Shown here: positions 20,273-28,313 of the stretch, in pieces | How the letters are laid out: each line of letters starts with the position of its first letter | How positions within the stretch are numbered: position 1 is the stretch's first letter | Source of the DNA: an uncultured bacterium | GTDB lineage: Bacteria > Patescibacteriota > Microgenomatia > UBA1400 > MFAQ01 | Assembly: GCA_963980225.1 (NCBI GenBank) | Contig: CAXBYW010000003.1 | Span: forward strand, 32,431-96,430 | Direction: 5' to 3' | Length of the DNA stretch: 64,000 nucleotides | Program-made: the position numbers and the translations under genes | Notes under the pieces: model-generated | What the model was told of the DNA's origin: nothing | The model's input: the letters and a program-made list of their open reading frames with translations, nothing else | The model's database searches: none

Positions 20273-22130
20273 TCTTTATCAAATAGCTTTCTTTTCCGCT
20301 CCAGACCACCTCACCTAAATTCAAAACATTATTTTCCCTCACCTTATACCCCTTTCTCTCATCAGGTCCAACCACCACCCAACCTACATTAAAATCCTTC
20401 ACTAAATCTTTATCTCCCGTCTCATAAAAACTTCTCACCAATCCTTCTCTTTCTCTAACCACATCATAACTTCCTCGCCACAACCATTCATGCACTCTCC
20501 ATCCAACTACTGTTGGCGTACCAGAGAAAGCCGACACACTATTTAACCTACTATAACTATCTCCCACCGCCTCCACTAAATTTTTACGATCTCTGTTTTT
20601 CTCTAAATAGTCAATCATTCCCCATTTGTCTTTATCTTTTTTTAACCAAACCAAACCATCCACACCTTTATATTTCTTAAATCCTCCATAATAAGAACTA
20701 AAAGATTGTATGGGGAAAATCATAAGTCCTACCCATAAAATAACCATTAATACTCGCACTAAATAATTAGTTTTTTGTTTTCCCACTATCCACCCAAACA
20801 ACAAACTCATCATAATAAACGACTGATAAGTTAACTTAAACATGGTGTTAGCCCTTTGGTGAGAACTATAGATATCTCTTACATATAGTATCTCTGGAAT
20901 CAAAAGTAGTAGTATCCCCGTTACTCCCATCGCTATAATCACCAAGTTCTTTCCTTTTATTTTTTTACCAATCACCAACCATAGGCCTAAAAGAGTCGCC
21001 ATTAGGTGTCCTCCCCACAGTACACCTATTTGCCACAAAGGAGATCTACTACTGGTTAAACTAACCCCATCAGAAAAAGACTTGAAGTTTAAAAGCCAAG
21101 GCAACGCAGTCACTCCTGCCACTCCACCAATTATCAAGATCAATTTCAACAACTCCTTTACCTTGATTTTTCTGTAAACAAGTAACAACGAGCCAAAGAT
21201 AACTAACAGCAAACCATATATCGCTACATCCCAAGTGTTAGTCATAATCATCACTCCCATAAGTACTCCCAAAACAACCCCTCTCAACCTTGATCTCACT
21301 CCTGCTAGTACTAAAATAAACGCTAGCACGATAGGTAGTCCCAAGACGTGACCATGTAAGTCACTTACTACAAAACTATATCCTGGGAACTCATGAATCG
21401 TATTTTCTATAAATCTAGTGGCATCAGCATACCAATAACCAACAAAACCTTTGTTCTTTAATAGATACCACAGAGAATGACTATTCCCTCCTAGGCAAGT
21501 CAACAAGGCTCCCATTATTCCTCCCACCACTCCACCACCAAGTGTCACTATTATAGAGAAGCTCAAAACTAAGCTAGTACCCAGAATCCAAGCAAGCATT
21601 AGGTTGTATCCAACTCCTAATCCCACCCCCCAGATCCTAACTAAAATACTGGCTAGAAAATGCCCAAATGAATAATAGTTTATAGACTCTCCAGCTAACC
21701 ACATATCATTTACTGGCAACTTACTAGAAACTAGATATTGTTTTATAAAACCAAAATCCATAAACTTCTCTAATCCTAAAATATCCGGTTGAAATCCTCT
21801 AATCAACGAAAGACTAAGAAGGCCAAACAAAAACAATCCCTCTTCCAGTAAGATAATTTTGCTCAATTTTTTAGCGTCTTGTAAAAAGCGAAAACCAATC
21901 AATAGTAACAACAAAATTACCCCAGCCACTCCAATATCTGTATTCACTGGTAGTATGTGACCTACAAACCAAACAGGAAGACTAATAACCAAAAGTCCCA
22001 ACACTCTCCCTAAGGCCCAACCTCCATCAGCTAGCTTACCAAACCACTTACTTATCCATGGCCAGACCAAAAACTGTAACCCCAAAGAAATCAAGTAAAC
22101 CTTAAAAATTATTCCTAAATCATTTGCCAT
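20262..22130 (-). CDS. DUF2298 / Chlor_Arch_YYY-type membrane protein (putative GT-C)
   Basis: EKFMDFGF, DMWLAGESINYYSFGH, HEFPGYSF..SDLHGH, NTWD, RANTMFKLTYQ, GWRVHEWLWR. Confidence 0.8.
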   Translation of the reverse strand: MANDLGIIFKVYLISLGLQFLVWPWISKWFGKLADGGWALGRVLGLLVISLPVWFVGHILPVNTDIGVAGVILLLLLIGFRFLQDAKKLSKIILLEEGLFLFGLLSLSLIRGFQPDILGLEKFMDFGFIKQYLVSSKLPVNDMWLAGESINYYSFGHFLASILVRIWGVGLGVGYNLMLAWILGTSLVLSFSIIVTLGGGVVGGIMGALLTCLGGNSHSLWYLLKNKGFVGYWYADATRFIENTIHEFPGYSFVVSDLHGHVLGLPIVLAFILVLAGVRSRLRGVVLGVLMGVMIMTNTWDVAIYGLLLVIFGSLLLVYRKIKVKELLKLILIIGGVAGVTALPWLLNFKSFSDGVSLTSSRSPLWQIGVLWGGHLMATLLGLWLVIGKKIKGKNLVIIAMGVTGILLLLIPEILYVRDIYSSHQRANTMFKLTYQSFIMMSLLFGWIVGKQKTNYLVRVLMVILWVGLMIFPIQSFSSYYGGFKKYKGVDGLVWLKKDKDKWGMIDYLEKNRDRKNLVEAVGDSYSRLNSVSAFSGTPTVVGWRVHEWLWRGSYDVVREREGLVRSFYETGDKDLVKDFNVGWVVVGPDERKGYKVRENNVLNLGEVVWSGKESYLIKITD

Positions 22131-23295
22131 TAATTATCATTTTAGCTGCTTTTTGACCTAACTCCACCGCAAAATTCACTCCTCTATCCCACGGATACAC
22201 CATGCTCATGTTGGCTACATAATAATCAGGGTCATCCGTCTTTATCCCATCTACCATTTTAGAATAACCCACCGGAAATACTGGTTGGGCAAAAGGTGAC
22301 TGGAACTTCCATTTTCTAGTAATCCAACTTTTCCTAAAATTAGAGTTTATTTTTTTTAAGTAAGGTAAAAATATCTCCAGTAATTCTTCATCACTCATCT
22401 TTAACCTATTGTCTCTGTCTTCCAAGTAATTCCCTAAATACACTACATGTTTATTACCATAATATTTTTTATCTATAAAATTAGTTTGTTCCACCACCAC
22501 TAAAAACGGCCATTTTTTCTCCAAAACATTCAACCAATACCCCTTCATTAGTTTCTGGTTCAACTCCAAGACCAACGTCTGTCCCCATAGATAATCTACC
22601 TTTTTTACGGCCGGTCTAGTGTCTAACACCTTATCAAACTTACCATCAGCCTTGTATTTAATCCCCAACTTTACTTCTCCTCCATTTTTTGTTATCTCTT
22701 CTGCTATTTTTTCAGCCAACTTACCAAAACCACCTTCAAAGTATCCCAAACTTGAAGTTCTTTTGTATACCCTAGCCCAAAACCACGCCATATTTACTTT
22801 AGGAAGATACGATCCAAACTTTGCCACCAGAAGTGGTTCCCAGACCTTCTTATATCCCTCCTTACCCACTACTCTAGGCAACATCTCTACCACCCTATGT
22901 TTTTCTAATCTCAAGCCGTTTATAATCACTTTAAGTCCCGCCAACCCAATTCCCATATGGATTCTAGACATCAAGCTTAATCGATCAAACATCAAAAGCG
23001 ATAGGGGAGAATCCAATTGTTTTTCTTCACTTTCAATCAGACTATTAGTATCAGGTCTCTTAAAAAAAGCTGGCCACTCAACACTCTTCGCTAGATTAAT
23101 TATTTCTTTGTCTCCAGAAAAAATATGATGATAATATTGTTCCGCTCCCCATCTCCACCCAGATGGTTTGAAGTTTCTCGCCAACCCACCAACTTCCTTT
23201 TCTTTTTCAAAAATCACCACATCATGCCCTGCTCTTGAAAGATCTAATCCCGCCGCCAATCCTGTAAAACCAGCCCCAACAATTCCAATCCTCAT
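22120..23295 (-). CDS. FAD-dependent oxidoreductase (HemY/amine-oxidase-like superfamily)
   Basis: MRIGIVGAGFTGL Rossmann motif, EKEKEVGGLA, YHHIF, YPWDRG. Start set to ATG 23295, 6 nt after a TATAAT. Confidence 0.85.
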   Translation of the reverse strand: MRIGIVGAGFTGLAAGLDLSRAGHDVVIFEKEKEVGGLARNFKPSGWRWGAEQYYHHIFSGDKEIINLAKSVEWPAFFKRPDTNSLIESEEKQLDSPLSLLMFDRLSLMSRIHMGIGLAGLKVIINGLRLEKHRVVEMLPRVVGKEGYKKVWEPLLVAKFGSYLPKVNMAWFWARVYKRTSSLGYFEGGFGKLAEKIAEEITKNGGEVKLGIKYKADGKFDKVLDTRPAVKKVDYLWGQTLVLELNQKLMKGYWLNVLEKKWPFLVVVEQTNFIDKKYYGNKHVVYLGNYLEDRDNRLKMSDEELLEIFLPYLKKINSNFRKSWITRKWKFQSPFAQPVFPVGYSKMVDGIKTDDPDYYVANMSMVYPWDRGVNFAVELGQKAAKMIINGK

Positions 23296-23302
23296 TAGGT
23301 TA

Positions 23303-23752
23303 TTATAGCGCCAGTAAGATTCCAATCACAGCCATTAAGAGTCCACCTCCAAACGCTACTATGCCAGGCAAGCTCAGTATTCCTGCTTCTGGTAAGCTCT
23401 CCACTCCCGCAGTAGGGGTTGCTGTTCCAGTTGGGCTGTCAGTAGGTGTAGCCGTCCCCGTAGGATCATCAGTAGGGGTTGCTGTTCCAGTTGGAGTCTC
23501 TGTCGGAGTTTCAGTAGGTGTAGCCGTCCCCGTAGGTGTTTCTGTTGGTGTAACAGCTTCTCCAATAGTAAAGCTAACATCACAACTTCCTCCACCTTTC
23601 CACTCTGCTGCTGCAGGCTTACTTGCTGGTGCAGTAGGTGCCACTTGTTCTTGGTCTCTAAGTCTCATTGCAATAAACACAGAAGCTCCAGCTAAAACTA
23701 AAACCAAGATTACTAAAATTATTGCTAGTATTTTCTTCTTTTTATTTTCCAT
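23303..23752 (-). CDS. Pro/Thr-repeat surface protein with N-terminal TM and C-terminal LPEAG + hydrophobic segment
   Basis: KKKK + TM, PTGTATPT repeats, LPEAG (23381-23395), hydrophobic C-terminus. Confidence 0.75.
   Translation of the reverse strand: MENKKKKILAIILVILVLVLAGASVFIAMRLRDQEQVAPTAPASKPAAAEWKGGGSCDVSFTIGEAVTPTETPTGTATPTETPTETPTGTATPTDDPTGTATPTDSPTGTATPTAGVESLPEAGILSLPGIVAFGGGLLMAVIGILLAL
23410..23551. repeat. Intragenic tandem repeats encoding PTGTATPT/PTET units
   Basis: cagtaggggttgctgttccagttgg at 23410 and 23470; tcagtaggtgtagccgtccccgtagg at 23439 and 23511 (ABAB arrangement). Confidence 0.9.
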
Positions 23753-23756
23753 ATTT

Positions 23757-25157
23757 TTACTGTACCTGCCCTTCTATATTGTAAGTTCCAGCTTGAGACA
23801 GTGTATATTCCATATAAAACTCTCCAGCAGTATTCTTAGCGGTTGTAGTTACCCAAGTCTCACTATTGACTCTAAATCTTCCTTTAGAAAACTGGCTACT
23901 ATCTCCTCTTGCCGCTAGTCTCACTTTGTCACCCACACCCGCAAACTGACCTACTTGGCTCAAAGTAGTTATTTTCCATGTTCCATCTTGCAAGGTATAA
24001 ATTCTTGTTTCTACACAAGCCCCACCAGCCCCTGTTGGTGTAGCTGTCGGGGTGCCACCTCCACCACTACAACCTTCTGCTATCGACTTACAACCAGTGA
24101 GACAACAAACTTGGGTATCCTTATCACAAGTTTGTGCACCACACTCAATAATTCCACCACCCGGAGGTGTCGTCGGTGTTAGTATTGGGGTTGATGTTGG
24201 AGTTGGTGCTGAGGTAATAGTCACCTGGCAATATAGGCGTTCACTTCCCCCGCCCACCGCTCGACATTTTCCAGAGCCCGTACTGGTAGTGCAAGTGTCT
24301 CCCAAATTTACACAACCATCGTCGTTTTTTACACACGTGGTCCCATTATTGTAATATCCAAGTGCACAAGGTGTTTGTATGTTCGTAGGTGTCGGTGTGG
24401 GATTCAGCCCACCCACACCACAACCTTGTGTTTCCGGCTTACATCCAGTAAGGCAGCAGACTTCAGCACCTTTCTCACAAGTCTGTGTACCACATTGAAA
24501 AAATTGGGGGGTTGATGTTGGAGTCGGCGCTGAGGTAATGTCCACCTGGCAATAGTACTTTCCCGGTGCACCCGTTGCTCTACACCTTCCAGTTCCCGTA
24601 CTAGTAGTACAACTGGCTCCCGAAGATGTACAAACATTATTGTCAGCCGGAGTTGGTTCTGGATCACACTGATAGGCATTTGAACAAACGGGACCATATA
24701 TACTATCAACAACTGTTCCACATAAAGTCTCATGAAAACGACAGAACTCACCAAGATCTCCTAGTGGTTCTGAAGCCCTTTGTCTAATATCTCCTCTAAA
24801 CTTATCAATATTTAATGCCACCATTGGTACTCCTACCAACAATACCAGGGCAATAACTGCACCTACAATTTTTCCAACTGATTTTTTCTTAGGCTTCTTT
24901 CCATCACCATCTTTCACAGGTGCCATATTAGGATCATCATTCATCGTTCCAGTGTCAATAGGAGGAGCTACAGCTTCACCTACTGGTTCAGGGCTTGCGT
25001 CTGTAGACATAGACTCGTTTGGTAGTGGCGTTGGTGGGGGAGGTGGTGGTGAAAAAGTATCATCCTCTGCTTCTGGTAAAGGTGGCAAACTAGCCAAATC
25101 ATTCTTGGCAGGACTGGGAGAAGTAGTTTTATTCTTATTTAAGTCGTTCGGATCCAT
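23757..25157 (-). CDS. Membrane-anchored Cys-rich repeat surface protein
   Basis: Pro/acidic N-terminus, KKPKKK + TM, duplicated 4-Cys and 6-Cys modules separated by PT linkers, beta-rich C-terminal domain. Confidence 0.75.
   Translation of the reverse strand: MDPNDLNKNKTTSPSPAKNDLASLPPLPEAEDDTFSPPPPPPTPLPNESMSTDASPEPVGEAVAPPIDTGTMNDDPNMAPVKDGDGKKPKKKSVGKIVGAVIALVLLVGVPMVALNIDKFRGDIRQRASEPLGDLGEFCRFHETLCGTVVDSIYGPVCSNAYQCDPEPTPADNNVCTSSGASCTTSTGTGRCRATGAPGKYYCQVDITSAPTPTSTPQFFQCGTQTCEKGAEVCCLTGCKPETQGCGVGGLNPTPTPTNIQTPCALGYYNNGTTCVKNDDGCVNLGDTCTTSTGSGKCRAVGGGSERLYCQVTITSAPTPTSTPILTPTTPPGGGIIECGAQTCDKDTQVCCLTGCKSIAEGCSGGGGTPTATPTGAGGACVETRIYTLQDGTWKITTLSQVGQFAGVGDKVRLAARGDSSQFSKGRFRVNSETWVTTTAKNTAGEFYMEYTLSQAGTYNIEGQVQ
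24069..24632 (-). repeat. Internal duplication of a 4-Cys + 6-Cys module pair
   Basis: CTTSTG.G.CRA...YCQV.ITSAPTPTSTP...CG.QTC....VCCLTGCK....GC occurs twice (about 24420-24632 and 24069-24314). DNA ggggttgatgttggagt.gg.gctgaggtaat is shared at about 24508 and 24187. Confidence 0.85.
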
Positions 25158-26470
25158 TTTTTAAGATTCTGGCCTGTTAAAAACAGTCCTAACCCCACTA
25201 TAAGTAACCAGTATGTTGAAGTCAATACCCCTGCTTCTGGAACACCAGATTCTGTAGATGGCATACTACTCCCACTGGCCTCAATCACAGTTGGAGTAGC
25301 GCTAGGTGATGTAGTCGGCGTAGTAGTTGGTGTAGCAGAGCCAGTAGCGGTAAATGAAGGTATTCCTCCCACATCTTCGGCTGCCAACACAATAAAAGAT
25401 CGAGCTATTATCTGTAGTATTCCATTTTCATCCTCATACTCTATAGAGACAGTGTGCTCACCCGGCTCCAAGTCCATTGGTGGTGTCCACGTCCAAACCC
25501 CGTCTTCATCAACAATAACATTAGCACTCTGTTCAACTTGAGAATTGACTGTTACTTTTACACTAGTCCCCACCGGTAATTTACCCATAAACTCTGGGCT
25601 AGAAGTAGCAATTTTTTCTCCATCAACCACAGGGTTTATCAACTCTTCACTATCCGCCAACTCTCCAAAACCTGCTCCTTCAACTAAATCACTAGTATCT
25701 CCACTGATAGGGACTACACTCTCAACTAAATTTACATTTGTCCCAATGACAATATCTTTAACAGGACTATCATTGGCAGTATTAGTTAGAGCGGTTGCTG
25801 TTCCTAAAGCCCCCCCTTGAACAAATAACGATAGCTGTTGATTTTGTTTATCATAAACAAGTGTTTGCCCTTTATCATTTTTTGCTTCTCCTAAATTTAA
25901 CCGCCACACTCCTCCATTTTTTGTTAAAGCAGACATGGTCTCCCCTCCCTCGATCTCTACATAAACTGCTACCCCTTCTATTCCTTGGCCCGCAGCAGAA
26001 ACAATCTTACCGCTAATAACATCTTCCTCTCCCACACCTGTTCCTACTCCCGTTCTTATTTGATAAGGTTTATTATTATCACTGTAACTGGTTGAGCCAG
26101 CCAGTATCTCAAAATAATAAGTTTTATTTACATTAAGATTGGTCAGCACCACATAGTGAGTAACAAACACTCCTGCTTCACCAGACACCTTATCTCTAAT
26201 ATCAGCTCCCGGTAAACTTAAATTACTTGGATTATCTGAGTACGTTAAAAGACCTGTTACTGGCACATCTGTCGTCCAGCTAACCGTAACACTTTCTCCT
26301 CCTCTATTGCTAATCTTTACATTCTTGGGAACAGAAGTCGGCCCAGCTTTTGTTAGAAGGCTTTGCGGCTTTCCTACCAACAAAACTCCAGCCACCAATC
26401 CACCAATCAGTATAATCACACCCAATATAGTAGGAATTCGCTTGTTAAAAATATCTGCTTTCTTTTTCAT
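25139..26470 (-). CDS. Fibronectin-III / Ig-like surface protein with C-terminal VPEAG + TM + basic tail
   Basis: N-terminal TM, PKNVKISN...TVSWTT...HYVVLTNL...YYFEI (FN3-like), DGVWTWTP..L.PGEHTV (bacterial Ig-like), S/T/P linker, VPEAG (25229-25243). Confidence 0.75.
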   Translation of the reverse strand: MKKKADIFNKRIPTILGVIILIGGLVAGVLLVGKPQSLLTKAGPTSVPKNVKISNRGGESVTVSWTTDVPVTGLLTYSDNPSNLSLPGADIRDKVSGEAGVFVTHYVVLTNLNVNKTYYFEILAGSTSYSDNNKPYQIRTGVGTGVGEEDVISGKIVSAAGQGIEGVAVYVEIEGGETMSALTKNGGVWRLNLGEAKNDKGQTLVYDKQNQQLSLFVQGGALGTATALTNTANDSPVKDIVIGTNVNLVESVVPISGDTSDLVEGAGFGELADSEELINPVVDGEKIATSSPEFMGKLPVGTSVKVTVNSQVEQSANVIVDEDGVWTWTPPMDLEPGEHTVSIEYEDENGILQIIARSFIVLAAEDVGGIPSFTATGSATPTTTPTTSPSATPTVIEASGSSMPSTESGVPEAGVLTSTYWLLIVGLGLFLTGQNLKKWIRTT

Positions 26471-26802
26471 TCTTGTTCAACTTTACCAGTTTCGGAAGCT
26501 TCAGGTGGATTTTCAACGGCCGGTTCCTCAATGCTTACATTACTTGTAGGAGTCTCAGGAGCATATATGACAATTGGTCTATCAAGCTCAAGACGGTTAA
26601 ACCACTTTCTATTACCCAAATTCTGAACAACTTCTTCTTTAATCTTTCCATCTAGTGGTTTTATGGCTTTTTCTTGAAGTTCAGAGATCTGAGACTTAGT
26701 TAAAGCAGAATAAATCTGAAAAATCACAAAAGACCCAACCATTAAGAGAGTCATCAATCCAACCAGTAAAATGTTTGCGCTAATAGTTTTTTTAGGTTTC
26801 AT
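26467..26802 (-). CDS. Hypothetical single-TM protein downstream of pilO
   Basis: 111 aa, N-terminal TM, acidic Pro tail, translationally coupled. Confidence 0.65.
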   Translation of the reverse strand: MKPKKTISANILLVGLMTLLMVGSFVIFQIYSALTKSQISELQEKAIKPLDGKIKEEVVQNLGNRKWFNRLELDRPIVIYAPETPTSNVSIEEPAVENPPEASETGKVEQE

Positions 26803-26803
26803 T

Positions 26804-27457
26804 TTAATTTGTAGCTACCAAATAATATCCATTCATTTCCCCACTAGCTCTAAGTTTGCCTTCAATCACTTCTCTTTCTTCTACTTTAGTGATATCAACC
26901 AACGAGATAACTAAAACACGATCTAATGTCTCGATCTCTTTTAGGAAGCTCGTTAAAGCTGCTTCACTAGCGGTGACACTAAAGTGGACAGTAAACTCCT
27001 TCATGACGTTATCACCGTTCACCCACTCCCTCTCTTTTTCTTTATTTTTCTTTTTCAAGTTCTCACCCTCATCTGCTGAGACAATTACTGAGGAAAAAAT
27101 AAGCGACTCAATACTTACTTTTTTCTGAGCTGCTACGATCTCAATTTTTTTAGCCAAGTCCGCATAGGTATAGTTTTCTGGGACCGCTTTTTCAAAAAGA
27201 GGTAAATTGACTTCATATTCATCTAGTTGTTTCCTAGCTTGAATCAAGCTTCTTATTTTTGTACCAAGTTTTTTCTCAACCAAAGATTGGTCTTCTATTT
27301 TTTTCTTTAACTCAGCTACCGTTACTAGAGTGGGTCTTATGGCTGTCGTGATAAGAAACAAGGAAGCAAACACAGACAAAATAATCTCCATTGGTACTCT
27401 AATTTCTGGTTTTTGATACGCCAGGCTTAGTTTCTGGTATCTTCCTCCAAGGTTCAT
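26804..27457 (-). CDS. Type IV pilus assembly protein PilO-like
   Basis: TM + coiled coil + AVP...IE..A....V.I.SL and FLKEIETLDRV..I..V.I ferredoxin-like pattern. Confidence 0.7.
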   Translation of the reverse strand: MNLGGRYQKLSLAYQKPEIRVPMEIILSVFASLFLITTAIRPTLVTVAELKKKIEDQSLVEKKLGTKIRSLIQARKQLDEYEVNLPLFEKAVPENYTYADLAKKIEIVAAQKKVSIESLIFSSVIVSADEGENLKKKNKEKEREWVNGDNVMKEFTVHFSVTASEAALTSFLKEIETLDRVLVISLVDITKVEEREVIEGKLRASGEMNGYYLVATN

Positions 27458-28008
27458 TTCTTTTTACTTTTAAACTGACTGATAATCTCAAAATCCACCC
27501 CACCCCTTTTTTGATCGAACTCTATCTTCTTTATCTCCACACTCTCTACATCTTGGTAAGACTTCATGGCATTGATTGTCTGGGCCAGTGCTCGTTCAGA
27601 CCCGGCTATTCCCGCAACACCTACTCCTCCTTGCAAAAAACTGACTTGACTTAATACAGTGCCACTTGGTAATAATAACTTCAACTTACCTAGCCCCTCA
27701 CTAATTTTAAGATCTTCACTGAGGAAAGTCTCTACTGCTTTTTGTCTTACCAACACACCTCTCATCTGCTCCTCTGTCTCAACATAGCTTTGAATAGTCG
27801 TCTGCTTGAAATCATTCGCTTCTCTAAGGTCATTTAGTTTTTTGTCAAACCAAAACCTGGAAGCAAAGGCTAATATCACAACAAATTCAGTTAACACCAC
27901 GAGAACTCTTCCTGCGGTCAATGACCATCTCAAAAACTTTCCCAATATACTCGTTTCAAACGCGTCTTTGGGTAATAGATTCACCTTTATAAACTTCCTG
28001 GCAGGCAT
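27454..28008 (-). CDS. Type IV pilus assembly protein PilN-like
   Basis: N-terminal VNLLP motif (PilM-binding INLLP), TM, coiled coil, LPSGTVL...GIAGS domain. Confidence 0.75.
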   Translation of the reverse strand: MPARKFIKVNLLPKDAFETSILGKFLRWSLTAGRVLVVLTEFVVILAFASRFWFDKKLNDLREANDFKQTTIQSYVETEEQMRGVLVRQKAVETFLSEDLKISEGLGKLKLLLPSGTVLSQVSFLQGGVGVAGIAGSERALAQTINAMKSYQDVESVEIKKIEFDQKRGGVDFEIISQFKSKKK

Positions 28009-28050
28009 ACAGCCAGTATATAGAAATCTCTTATCTTTCTCTAGGCGAGC

Positions 28051-28284
28051 TTACTTAACTAACTTACTTAAGCGTGACTTTAGTCGATCTGCTTTCTTTT
28101 TGTGAAAGATTTTTTTCTTAGCGGCTCTATCTATGGCAGAAAACAACGAAGCCAAGCTACTTTGTTTTGGTGTTTTCCTAAAAGATTTGATTGCACTTAA
28201 AGCCTTGGTTCTAACGATTTTATTGAAGTTTTGCTTTCTGGCATCAACCCTAGTTTTTTTGATTGCTGATTTTGTTATTGGCAT
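28051..28284 (-). CDS. rpsT: 30S ribosomal protein S20
   Basis: MPITKSAIK...IDRAAKKKIFHKKKADRLKSRL. Confidence 0.93.
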   Translation of the reverse strand: MPITKSAIKKTRVDARKQNFNKIVRTKALSAIKSFRKTPKQSSLASLFSAIDRAAKKKIFHKKKADRLKSRLSKLVK

Positions 28285-28313
28285 GCGACGATTCTAACAT
28301 ATAAAATCATTTC
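28285..28313. promoter_or_regulatory. Divergent -10 boxes for rpsT and murJ
   Basis: TGtTAGAAT (-, hexamer 28291-28296) 6 nt before the rpsT ATG; TAAAAT (+, 28302-28307) 6 nt before the murJ ATG. Confidence 0.6.

Noticed and set aside
23410-23551. 25-26 bp direct repeats that might suggest a CRISPR array
   Set aside because: In-frame coding repeats with two copies each, no unique spacers and no cas genes
23361-23918. 185-aa + strand ORF with VGVAVP repeats
   Set aside because: Antisense shadow of the PT-repeat gene; the repeat keeps the opposite frame open
23757-25157. Two RGD tripeptides in the Cys-rich protein
   Set aside because: Short motif easily found by chance; no evidence for a eukaryotic integrin partner
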